A stretch of 64,000 nucleotides of DNA from Escherichia coli (lineage in GTDB: Bacteria; Pseudomonadota; Gammaproteobacteria; Enterobacterales; Enterobacteriaceae): the NCBI RefSeq assembly GCF_045037415.1, contig NZ_CP173439.1, one strand, 5' to 3'. The translations under genes and the position numbers were made by a program. The notes beneath the pieces are model-generated. The model had not been told where the DNA came from and did no database searches. It saw nothing but the letters and a program-made list of their open reading frames with translations. Shown piece by piece: positions 1-9,034 of this stretch (its first letter is position 1; every line of letters starts with the position of its first letter).

Positions 1-317
1 CTACCGGGGAGGAAGGAAAGTACCGGATGGAAAGAGTCCCCACTAAAGCAGACTGACAGACATCACAAATCCCCGGGAGGGGACTTGTGTATAAGAGACA
101 GCTCAGATACAGGGAAAGTGCAGAATGGCAACTATGATGTCTGGCGGCAATGCGAGTTCACCGGAACGATACATAGATTCTGTTTACCTCTCTCTCAACG
201 AGTTTAGTCTCCAGGATTCCCGGGGCGGTTCAGTCTGGCGACTCATCCTAATCATGCCTGTTTCCCATCCAACGGGAAAACCTGGGGTATTTCCCATATA
301 CTGGCCAGAGCATTTTC

Positions 318-1124
318 TCAGGATAATTGTTTCAGCATCACAACCGCATCAGATTCCGGCATCGCAAACTGCACCCGGTGCCGTGCAGCCACATCCAGCG
401 CAAACACCTTCGTGTAGACCTCCGTTGAGCTGATGGACTTATGCCCCATCAGGCTCTGCAGGACCTTCAGCGGTATACCGGCATACAGCATGTGCATCGC
501 ATAGGAATGGCGGAACGTATGTGGCGTGATCGGGACAGAGAACGTCACACCATCAGCGGCAGCGGCGGCAACCGCTTCCCCAATCCAGGTCCTGACCGTT
601 CTGTCCGTCACTTCCCAGATCCGCGCTTTCTCTGTCCTGCCTGTTCGTTTATTACGCCGTTCCATGGGGATTTTCAGTGTTGCCACCATCGTCTGCAGCT
701 GGCTGACGTACCAGGAGTCGGAGAGCGGGACCAGCCGGTGAGTCTGCTGACCGGCTGGCATTCTTCCTGCCGTCCTGGCGGCTTTTTCGGTCCGTTGTTT
801 CAGGGTCGCAAGCTGCACAAACGGATACGGAGGCGTGAGCGAAAAATCCCCCCGCGTCAGCGCTAGTGCTTCATTAATACGCGCGCCGGTGTTCCACAGA
901 GTGGCCAGCAGCATCTTGCGGCGCAGATCCGGGACATAATGAAGCAGGGCACTCACCTCGGGAGCCAGCAGATATTTCGGCAGTTCATCATGAACCATCG
1001 ACATCTGGCGGAGTGCCAGAGCTGCCGGATAATCAATGGCAACAGGAAGTTGTGCAGACTGTCCGGCAGAATACACTGCCGGTACCATGGCTGCAGACTG
1101 GCTGTGTATAACGGAGCCTGACAT
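318..1124 (-). CDS. resD: ResD tyrosine site-specific recombinase (F-plasmid D protein, multimer resolution)
   Basis: 268-aa ORF; translation matches F-plasmid ResD as recalled (MSGSVIHSQSAAMVPAVYS..., HxxR/Y recombinase C-terminus); sits directly downstream of ccdB as in F. Confidence 0.85.
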   Translation of the reverse strand: MSGSVIHSQSAAMVPAVYSAGQSAQLPVAIDYPAALALRQMSMVHDELPKYLLAPEVSALLHYVPDLRRKMLLATLWNTGARINEALALTRGDFSLTPPYPFVQLATLKQRTEKAARTAGRMPAGQQTHRLVPLSDSWYVSQLQTMVATLKIPMERRNKRTGRTEKARIWEVTDRTVRTWIGEAVAAAAADGVTFSVPITPHTFRHSYAMHMLYAGIPLKVLQSLMGHKSISSTEVYTKVFALDVAARHRVQFAMPESDAVVMLKQLS

Positions 1125-1650
<526 letters not shown>

Positions 1651-2244
1651 AATGCACCTCATCTTACATACTCTCTGTACACCATTAAGTATACACCAGT
1701 ATTACGCTATAACATGCCTCCGGCAACGGAATATTGTTATCCAGCTATTATTAACACCACCATCAATAACTGACCTGAAAAGTAATCATGACAATAATAA
1801 CCTGCAATGTAGTAACCATGATAAATTACAGGATGACTGTTTTTCTATGATCCGATTTTTATCGGATTCAGGATTTTCCGGAAGTGAATCAGGATCAGTG
1901 AATAAGCGAAGCGATCTTTTCTGCCGCTGATGACTGGCTCGGGAACACGGGAAGAAACACAACATACAGTGTCATGTCAGCGGAGCGGGACACCACATCC
2001 TGTGAAAGCGGACCAGCGGGCGGCAGCGAAGGATCCGCGGATCCGGAACCACCAGAAACCGGATCTGCGTGATGAGAAAAGAGTAGTAGATATGATTTTA
2101 TATAAAAAACATAAAACCATACCAGGCGTGATGTTTGTCATAATATATAAATTCATACCTGATATGATATTTACCAAAGTAGAGATAAATTATTCGCTGT
2201 ATGATTTTACCTATTAATGCACATAATCAAATGGAGCATGCAGG

Positions 2245-2514
2245 ATGGATGAAAAAGTATACTTTCGCCTCAGCTATGAAACGATGACCGGCGATACGGA
2301 AGACTTCATTAACGCATGTATTGAACGGGCAAACCGTGCGGACTGCAACGATACCGATGCGGAGATTGCCCGCGCACGCAGCACCATTGAACTCTGGTAC
2401 TGTCTGGCACTCGCGGGGCGTGCCCCAGACGACGTCGCCGACAGGGATCATCTGCGGTTCACCGAAATGCTCCTGCGCGCCCCGACAGCAGAACAACGCG
2501 CATGTCAGCTGTAA
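2245..2514 (+). CDS. hypothetical protein (high-GC gene)
   Basis: 89-aa ORF divergent from ccdA; noticeably GC-rich relative to neighbours; no recognisable family. Confidence 0.35.
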   Translation: MDEKVYFRLSYETMTGDTEDFINACIERANRADCNDTDAEIARARSTIELWYCLALAGRAPDDVADRDHLRFTEMLLRAPTAEQRACQL

Positions 2515-3098
2515 CCTCCCGTGGGCCGTCGCCGCTGCAACGACGGGTGCTGATTGTGCTGGCTGCCCTTGATGAAAAACGGCCTGGCCCCGTGCTGACT
2601 CGGGACATAGAACGGGTGCTGGAGCGAAGCGGGGAAGCCCCGGTCTACGGACCAAACCTGCGCGCCTCCTGCCGGCGCATGGAAGCATCAGGCTGGCTTC
2701 GCACACTGCGCGCCCCGAATCTGCAGCTGGCTGTCGAACTGACGGACGCCGGCCGGGCCGTGGCACAGCCTCTGCTGCTGGCAGAACAGGACCGCCTCCG
2801 GGCAAAACAGCGCGCGGCAGAAGTCGTCGTACTGCCGCTGGTCCCGGCATCAGGTCTGCCCGCAGACGGCACTTCTGCCACTGATCTGGCGGTGGAGCTG
2901 AACGGCATGACGTATCAGGCCTGCCGTGGGGATTTTGTGGTACGTCTCGACGGCAGCACCTGTCTGCAGTTATGGAACAGAGAAGGCAAGGTGGTACGCC
3001 GGGAGGGCGATCCGCTGGAAGTGGCGCAGTGGCTGCAGGCCTGTCATGATGCCGGAATAAAAGTTCGTGTACAGGTTAATGAAAGTATCACCCCGTAA
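2502..3098 (+). CDS. hypothetical protein, possible winged-helix N-terminus
   Basis: 198-aa ORF overlapping the upstream ORF end; N-terminal LQRRVLIVLAALDE...VLTRDIERVLE resembles a DNA-binding fold; GC-rich. Confidence 0.45.
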   Translation: MSAVTSRGPSPLQRRVLIVLAALDEKRPGPVLTRDIERVLERSGEAPVYGPNLRASCRRMEASGWLRTLRAPNLQLAVELTDAGRAVAQPLLLAEQDRLRAKQRAAEVVVLPLVPASGLPADGTSATDLAVELNGMTYQACRGDFVVRLDGSTCLQLWNREGKVVRREGDPLEVAQWLQACHDAGIKVRVQVNESITP

Positions 3099-3165
3099 AA
3101 ACATGCCTGCACGATTCACACATCATCCCATGGTGGCAGCCGGTTAACTTTCCTGCACCACCAGT
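3075..3165. repeat. Inverted-repeat copy A (~90 bp) bounding the AT-rich lasso island; partner at 9035..9125
   Basis: Reverse complement of 9035..9125 matches this stretch with a few mismatches (shared ...ccccgtaaaaacatgcctgcacg...catcccatggtggcagccggttaactttcctgc...). Confidence 0.6.
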
Positions 3166-3463
3166 GGAAAGAGGCCATGAGCAGTCCGAACAAAAAACCA
3201 CCCGTGATACTTATAATAATGGCCTCACCGGCCACCATTCCTGACGGCCCCCAGTAGATAAACCACATTGCACATCCCCAGGAAATGCCCCATAAGCCCC
3301 CCGTCAGCACCGTGACCTGCCAGAACGGCATAAAGGGTAATGGCGGAAGCCGGATCCCCAGCCGCCAGAGAATACGCAGAAGAGGAGGGGCATAATTGCT
3401 CCGCCACATCTTTTTGCTGTCCATCAGGGCAATGGCCCGGGCTTTTTTCTGCTCAAAAGTCAC
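3116..3463 (-). CDS. hypothetical small membrane protein
   Basis: 115-aa ORF with hydrophobic helices (LWGISWGCAMWFIYW, IIISITGGFLFGLLMASF); its last ~17 codons are duplicated in inverted orientation near 9040..9090. Confidence 0.5.
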   Translation of the reverse strand: MTFEQKKARAIALMDSKKMWRSNYAPPLLRILWRLGIRLPPLPFMPFWQVTVLTGGLWGISWGCAMWFIYWGPSGMVAGEAIIISITGGFLFGLLMASFHWWCRKVNRLPPWDDV

Positions 3464-3573
3464 AGGAGTACCTCCGTTCCATGATGTAAACGTGACACAG
3501 TTTATTGTTATTGATTATTATTATCATTATGTTATCACGCACCAGTACACGATGACAATAAAGGAGAAACCAG

Positions 3574-3921
3574 ATGAAAGCGGATATATCTGTAAAGTAT
3601 TTTCTGAAAAGCCTGATACCAGGTTTCATTATTCTTACAGTTTTTTATCTGGGATGGAAAGATAACCAGGAAAATTCAAGAATGTTTTATGCGTTCATCG
3701 GATGCATTATCAGCTCCATTACTTTTCCTTTTTCAATGAAGATAATACAGAAAATGGTAATAAGGTTTACAGGGAAAGAAGTCTGGCAAAAAGACTTCTT
3801 TACTAATCCAGTTGGCGGAAGCTTAACTGTAATATTTGAATTATTCTGTTTCGTTATATCAGTTCCTGTAGTTGCCATTTACTTAATATTTATATTCTGC
3901 AAAACCCTTTCAGGAAAATGA
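3574..3921 (+). CDS. small polytopic membrane protein, unknown function (first gene of the AT-rich island)
   Basis: 115-aa ORF with about three hydrophobic segments; AT-rich codon usage like the lasso genes downstream. Confidence 0.5.
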   Translation: MKADISVKYFLKSLIPGFIILTVFYLGWKDNQENSRMFYAFIGCIISSITFPFSMKIIQKMVIRFTGKEVWQKDFFTNPVGGSLTVIFELFCFVISVPVVAIYLIFIFCKTLSGK

Positions 3922-4456
3922 AAGGGCATCATTATATGTCAGATACCAATAAGTTTATTGTTCTGCTCAATAAACTTATCATTAACAAGCGCACTCACAG
4001 CAGCCATAATAATTGCAAAACCCAGAATACCTACAAGGGTCCCCGGCATGACGGAAAACGTCCATGCGGTAACAGATGAAGTAGCTCTTCCTGCTGCCAG
4101 TGATTCAAGTTTTACAAAAAATGGACGCCAGTTATCTGTCCAGACAACCTTACCAAACTCAGTGCTCCAGTCAGCAAAATCGTTGCCTTCAGTACACCGT
4201 GTTTTCTCTTCAGCTCTCTTCTGGTTGATGTCGGCAAGCTGGCAACAAAAATTCTCTTTTTACGTCAAGAACGTCATTTGCATGTTTTTACTCATTTGTT
4301 CTGGCACTGACGTTATTTCTCGCCGAATTTACCGCAGATTCAGCAAAGGTGATTTTATTGTAACTGCAACACCTACCAGATGACGGAAAACGGGTGAACG
4401 GATTAGAGTACGATTTTTCCATTTCGTGATCTTCACCTCAGAACCCCACCATTGAT

Positions 4457-4475
4457 GATAAAAATGATTATCATT
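4457..4475 (+). promoter_or_regulatory. Fur-box-like sequence next to the precursor promoter
   Basis: gataaaaatgattatcatt matches about 13 of 19 positions of the Fur consensus GATAATGATAATCATTATC; inner tgattatcatt is one mismatch from tgataatcatt. Confidence 0.3.
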
Positions 4476-4479
4476 CGCA

Positions 4480-4507
4480 TTGACACTTTGAAATAAGTAG
4501 TTATATT
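4480..4507 (+). promoter_or_regulatory. putative sigma-70 promoter of the lasso precursor gene
   Basis: TTGACA (4480..4485), 16-bp spacer, TATATT (4502..4507); about 70 bp upstream of the precursor ATG, which has an AAGGA Shine-Dalgarno. Confidence 0.35.
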
Positions 4508-4576
4508 TTTCATGGTTATTGAGCAATTGGTAACCAATGTAGGTTGTAGGTGTTTCATTTTCATTAAGGAATATGT

Positions 4577-4765
4577 ATGAAAAAACAATCTAAAGAAGTG
4601 AAAACCTCTGGCTCTGAACATCGTGAAATTATGATAGAAATTGATGCCTCTAAATCGACGAACGGTACCGGTGGAGGCTCCATCATTGAAGGGTCATACA
4701 CTGTCTATCGCTGCGATGGCGGAAGTGTCCCCTCGCGTCCTTTTGGCCCCCCATTCTGTCCTTAA
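4577..4765 (+). CDS. putative lasso-peptide precursor (A gene)
   Basis: 62-aa ORF MKKQSKEVKTSGSEHREIMIEIDASKSTNGTGGGSIIEGSYTVYRCDGGSVPSRPFGPPFCP; good SD; immediately upstream of the cyclase; Thr near the leader end, Gly-rich core start, Glu at a ring-forming distance, aromatic and Cys residues in the tail. Confidence 0.6.
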   Translation: MKKQSKEVKTSGSEHREIMIEIDASKSTNGTGGGSIIEGSYTVYRCDGGSVPSRPFGPPFCP

Positions 4766-4892
4766 ATTTAAAGGCTGGTCATGATTGAAATATTCACTTC
4801 TCTCAAACGAAAGCAATGAATCCGATAATACAGGTATATTCGATAAAAAGGACGTCTTTTGTGGCGTCCTTACCTTAAGGAGATTATTACGA

Positions 4893-6281
4893 ATGTCTTT
4901 GGGGGATAAATTTACATCTGGATACCGTGGGATTAATGCCTTCAATAGTGGCGTGATAAAACTTCTTGTTGCCAGAGAAAATGACTGGATTGAAGAAAAA
5001 CTTAGTGCCATTTTAACTCAATCACCTCGTATTGATTTCGAACCACTCATTGCGAGTATAGTTTTTGGGCGTACTGAGGGGAAAACTTCATTATTTAAAA
5101 ATGTGGAATGTATTGTTCCTGGTTGCAGTTTTAAAATTGACCACACGCACAATGGTGCATCCGTAAGTGAATATATTGACTGGAATGCAATTTCATATAA
5201 GACATTACCGCACGACCCGGCAGAGATTCTTTTTCAGTCTGTATCTGAAGTCGTCAACAGAAATCAAGGCGGATACTTTGTTGTGCGCCTGTCTGGTGGC
5301 ATGGACTCTACTGGCATTCTTCTCTCACTAATGGAGGCAGTTGATGTAAGCAGAATTATTGCCATAACTTATCGGTACCTTATGGGGACAAGCAATCAAG
5401 ATGAAGTATCAGCAAGGTATTTATGTAAAATATTTGGAATCAGGCAAATAATAATTGATTTTGAACCTCATTCATTATTTCATAGGCTTCCTTCACCAGT
5501 GCCTCCTGTTCTAAATATGAGAACAATAAATTTTAAAGTTTATGAAGAGGAAAGAAAGCGTATCGGAAGTATCTGTGGAGATAATTATACCCTGTTTGAT
5601 GGGCATGGGGGGGACCATGTATTTTGTGAGAAAATCCCGTTTGGAATAATAAAAGAGTTATTTTTCCATGGGAGTTTGTTAACCTCATGCCGTAAGTTAT
5701 TACAGATAGCTCGCCTTCATGGCATAAATATGAAAGATGTCTTATTAATGCATACTAATAGTATGCATTATCTTATAACTGAAGCACAGTGTTATTTTTC
5801 CAAAGATGTTATAAAAAACCTTCACTATGACAGAAAAACAGTAAGTGAAGAAAGAAAGTCAGCCCTTCAGGAGGCTATTCTTGATAATGGGACGAGCCTG
5901 ACGCTGAGTCTTACGGAAAACGATATATTCCCTTTTACAGACCAGAGGATGATAGGCTATGGTCTGAAACTCAGAGTTGAGGAGTCATTTGATACTACAT
6001 CAAAACGATTTCAATACAGAAAAGCGATTAATGACAGATATAAATTTGTATTTACCAGAAAAGATAAGGGGCATATAACAGGTGCATATCAGTCGGCCCT
6101 TAGTGTTAATAAGGACCGTGTTATTAATCTTCTGCGCCATGGGCAGTTCGCGACACACGGTTTGTTAAACTTGGAGGGGGTAGAGCGAGCAATAGAAACA
6201 AGTTCTCATGGCATCGGTGGAGTCAGTTTTATTCTTATGAAATTAATTGCTGCAGAACTTATCTTTGAAGGATATTTATAA
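4893..6281 (+). CDS. lasso-peptide cyclase (asparagine synthetase B-like, C protein)
   Basis: ORF 4785..6281 with the likely start at ATG 4893 (AAGGAG SD); PP-loop ATP pyrophosphatase motif VVRLSGGMDSTGIL; size like McjC; stop overlaps the next start (TAATG). Confidence 0.75.
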   Translation: MSLGDKFTSGYRGINAFNSGVIKLLVARENDWIEEKLSAILTQSPRIDFEPLIASIVFGRTEGKTSLFKNVECIVPGCSFKIDHTHNGASVSEYIDWNAISYKTLPHDPAEILFQSVSEVVNRNQGGYFVVRLSGGMDSTGILLSLMEAVDVSRIIAITYRYLMGTSNQDEVSARYLCKIFGIRQIIIDFEPHSLFHRLPSPVPPVLNMRTINFKVYEEERKRIGSICGDNYTLFDGHGGDHVFCEKIPFGIIKELFFHGSLLTSCRKLLQIARLHGINMKDVLLMHTNSMHYLITEAQCYFSKDVIKNLHYDRKTVSEERKSALQEAILDNGTSLTLSLTENDIFPFTDQRMIGYGLKLRVEESFDTTSKRFQYRKAINDRYKFVFTRKDKGHITGAYQSALSVNKDRVINLLRHGQFATHGLLNLEGVERAIETSSHGIGGVSFILMKLIAAELIFEGYL

Positions 6282-6964
6282 TGACTTCATTCTACTTTAA
6301 GCCGAATATACATCATGTCAATATTAATAATGAAATAACTATCCTTGATGAGATATCTGATCGTTATATCCTTCTTTCAGAAAAGCAATCAATTCTCTTA
6401 AAAGAGTATATGAGTGATGGTTCTCATAATTATGTCGGTGATACAATGAACCTGGAAGGTATAATTTCTAAGGAGTCGGGTACTCCTTTGGCAAAGAGTA
6501 CTCCGTCTCCTCAGGGGGTTGGTATATTGACCTGGAACAGTTATGTCAGCACTCGGTTGGGTATTGCCAGTTTTTTTTATATCTCTGAAGCAATAATGAG
6601 AATGATTCTTGTCCGAAAACGTCTCCAGTCAAAGGGTTTTCACCATTGCCTTGAGCATTGTCGTTGTGCGCTTAGCCAGAAGAGTTTTCCGTACATTTCC
6701 CTGAAAGATAAATTAATTATTGGGCAGAAGTTGAGCCAGAGTATTAAAATTGCGGCACCGTTTATCCCGGGCAAGGTTAAATGCCTTGAGTTTTCACTTG
6801 TTTTGTTCGACATGTTAGTGTCAAGAAAAATCAGTCCCACATTATTTATTGGATTCCAGCGCTATGATTTTCTTTCTCATGCATGGCTGGAAATTGATAA
6901 TGAAGTGGTTGCAGACCAAGATAACCTGAAAACAAAACTTACACCAATAATTAGAGTGGGATAA
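6281..6964 (+). CDS. lasso-peptide leader peptidase (transglutaminase-like Cys protease, B protein)
   Basis: 227 aa; candidate Cys...His...Asp triad (KVKCLEF ... LSHAWLEIDNE) with spacing like McjB; translationally coupled on both sides. Confidence 0.7.
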   Translation: MTSFYFKPNIHHVNINNEITILDEISDRYILLSEKQSILLKEYMSDGSHNYVGDTMNLEGIISKESGTPLAKSTPSPQGVGILTWNSYVSTRLGIASFFYISEAIMRMILVRKRLQSKGFHHCLEHCRCALSQKSFPYISLKDKLIIGQKLSQSIKIAAPFIPGKVKCLEFSLVLFDMLVSRKISPTLFIGFQRYDFLSHAWLEIDNEVVADQDNLKTKLTPIIRVG

Positions 6965-8688
6965 TGAAAATAAAAAATGTCATTTGTGAATTAAAATCAG
7001 GGGCAAGTGCTTACTCTTCGGCCTACAAGCTCATACGCTCACTGTATCCCGCATTCACATTTTCTTTTATCGGTGTGTCCATTCTCTTTATTCTGGCTTC
7101 GGTTCTTGGTGCATTACTTCCTTATCTGCTCAAAAAGACAGCGGAGGCGTATACTTTCTCTGAAGGGATATTATCTGCATTTTTCCTGATCACAATGACC
7201 TACGCCGTCAGCTGGACAGTGACCGAAGTACTGAAGAATATCAGAGGCATTTTTTCTGCGGGAATTCTGGCACAAGCAGATGCAGCACTAACCAGTAACA
7301 CGATGGAGATTTTACTTTCTATTAGTTTCCGGAAACAAAAGGAATTTGAGCCGGCGGTCCTGGCTGCAAATATTGATCGTGGCGCGCAATCATTCAGTGC
7401 GCTGACATTATCTGTTTTCTGGACACTACTCCCAATTACTGTAGAAATCAGTATGGCTGTTTATTTTCTTTATCAGAGTCTGGGTTTTACTTATTCACTT
7501 ATTTTCTCAATTTCTGTTATAGGTATGATTTTTCTTGCCTTCAGCATAGCGATCTTTAGTCGTCATATCCATACCGATATAATGAATACTCAGAATGGGG
7601 TGTATTCTTATACGATTGAGCGACTTGCCATGCCGTTGGATATCCGAATTAATTCAGCTCATGCAAAAGAAAGAGTTCTTCGCCAGGAAATTCTTAATCA
7701 GTATGTTAATACAATTAAGCTGACCAATAAAAAAATGGGCTTTTTACTGTCACTACAGGCAGTAGCTGTAGGCGTATTGCTTGCTATATCCGTACTGGTT
7801 CTGGTTTTTTTTAAAAAAGCGTCTCATATTGGAACTGGTGACTTTATTATGATTGTGGGCTATATTAGCATGCTAACATTTCAGTTGCGCACAATAGCCG
7901 GAGCCAGCATTGACATTCAACGCCAGATTGTGTACCTGAAAATTCTTCTGGAATATAACAGTATGCATCCCGAAGGGGTTATCCCTGATACAGTAAGCTC
8001 CCGCAGCACTGAGCGTATTTTTGATGTGCGTAATCTTGGAGCTTTTGCTGACGGCAGACTCCTCTTTAATAATGTGAGCTTCAGGATCCATGAAGGTGAA
8101 ATGTTTGCACTTTCTGCGCCTTCAGGTTTTGGTAAATCCACAATTCTGCAATATTTACTCGGTCTTGATACCCCAACTGAGGGCGATATTTATTTCCGAG
8201 GATACCGGATTAACACAGAGTTGAGTGCGTCTATCCTGGAGGACGTTGCTGTTGTGCCTCAAAAAGCCGTTCTGGTGCAGGGAACTATTCGTGATAATAT
8301 TCTGTATGGAACCGATGACATTCTTCCCGATGATGAACTGTTTTGCATCCTGAATTCATTGGGGTTAATTAAAGAGGACTGCGGAGAACATTTCCTTGCT
8401 TTCCTAGACCGGGATATTAATCCTCTGGGTAGTGGTTTGAGTGGTGGAGAGATCCAGCGATTATGCATAGCCCGCGCCCTAGCCCGTAAGAAAAAGATTA
8501 TCGTACTTGATGAACCCACGGCCTCTATTGGCGAAGAACTCGCGATAAAGATCATTACCTATATCCGGCAGCATTGCCCTACCGTTATTATTACAACTCA
8601 TAATCCACGAATTCTGGAGCTCGCCGATCATTTTTTTGATGGTATGTCAAAGTCTTGCGTCATTGCTGGAGAAGGCAGAGACCAATAA
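6964..8688 (+). CDS. ABC exporter (fused permease-ATPase, McjD-like export/immunity, D protein)
   Basis: 574 aa; N-terminal multi-TM domain; Walker A APSGFGKST, signature LSGGEIQR, Walker B IIVLDEPT. Confidence 0.85.
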   Translation: MKIKNVICELKSGASAYSSAYKLIRSLYPAFTFSFIGVSILFILASVLGALLPYLLKKTAEAYTFSEGILSAFFLITMTYAVSWTVTEVLKNIRGIFSAGILAQADAALTSNTMEILLSISFRKQKEFEPAVLAANIDRGAQSFSALTLSVFWTLLPITVEISMAVYFLYQSLGFTYSLIFSISVIGMIFLAFSIAIFSRHIHTDIMNTQNGVYSYTIERLAMPLDIRINSAHAKERVLRQEILNQYVNTIKLTNKKMGFLLSLQAVAVGVLLAISVLVLVFFKKASHIGTGDFIMIVGYISMLTFQLRTIAGASIDIQRQIVYLKILLEYNSMHPEGVIPDTVSSRSTERIFDVRNLGAFADGRLLFNNVSFRIHEGEMFALSAPSGFGKSTILQYLLGLDTPTEGDIYFRGYRINTELSASILEDVAVVPQKAVLVQGTIRDNILYGTDDILPDDELFCILNSLGLIKEDCGEHFLAFLDRDINPLGSGLSGGEIQRLCIARALARKKKIIVLDEPTASIGEELAIKIITYIRQHCPTVIITTHNPRILELADHFFDGMSKSCVIAGEGRDQ

Positions 8689-8712
8689 ACCACACACGTT
8701 AATTCATTTATA

Positions 8713-8980
8713 TCTAATCGGGGTTGTACGCCGGAAACGCCGAAATTTCCGATACAGCGAATTTGTTGATTTTTGAAGCATGTTTGGCAGGTTTTGACGT
8801 GTACGTTTATGGTGCAGTAAGTGAGAATTTATTCGTACCAGCCATATGATACGTTACGGGCAGTGATTTTTCGCGCTAGACAGCTATTTCTTTGCTGTCC
8901 GGTTAACTGTGGTCTTACGTACAGGTTGCCGAGCATAAAATTTGTGCCTCCCGGAAATTTCGGCGTTTCCGGCGTACAAC
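8713..8980. mobile_element. miniature inverted-repeat element (~268 bp) with 32-bp perfect terminal IRs beginning GGGG
   Basis: GGGGTTGTACGCCGGAAACGCCGAAATTTCCG at 8713..8744 and its exact reverse complement at 8949..8980; no ORF between. Confidence 0.45.
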
Positions 8981-9034
8981 CCCAAATAAATTCAATTAAT
9001 TACCTAAACAAGGTGAGACTTTTAGAGGAAATGA

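Noticed and set aside
83-101. 19-bp sequence ACTTGTGTATAAGAGACAG resembling the Tn5/IS50 outside end (and the Nextera mosaic end)
   Set aside because: Only a single end, with no partner repeat or transposase; could be a relic or adaptor carry-over; cannot be resolved from sequence alone
2227-2850. 207-aa minus-strand ORF overlapping the GC-rich plus-strand genes
   Set aside because: Pro/Arg/Ala-rich low-complexity translation typical of an antisense frame in GC-rich DNA; no start context
3958-4383. 141-aa plus-strand ORF between the small membrane gene and the lasso precursor
   Set aside because: No convincing ribosome-binding site or motifs; composition looks non-coding; the opposite strand shows a short hydrophobic stretch but no ORF long enough to call
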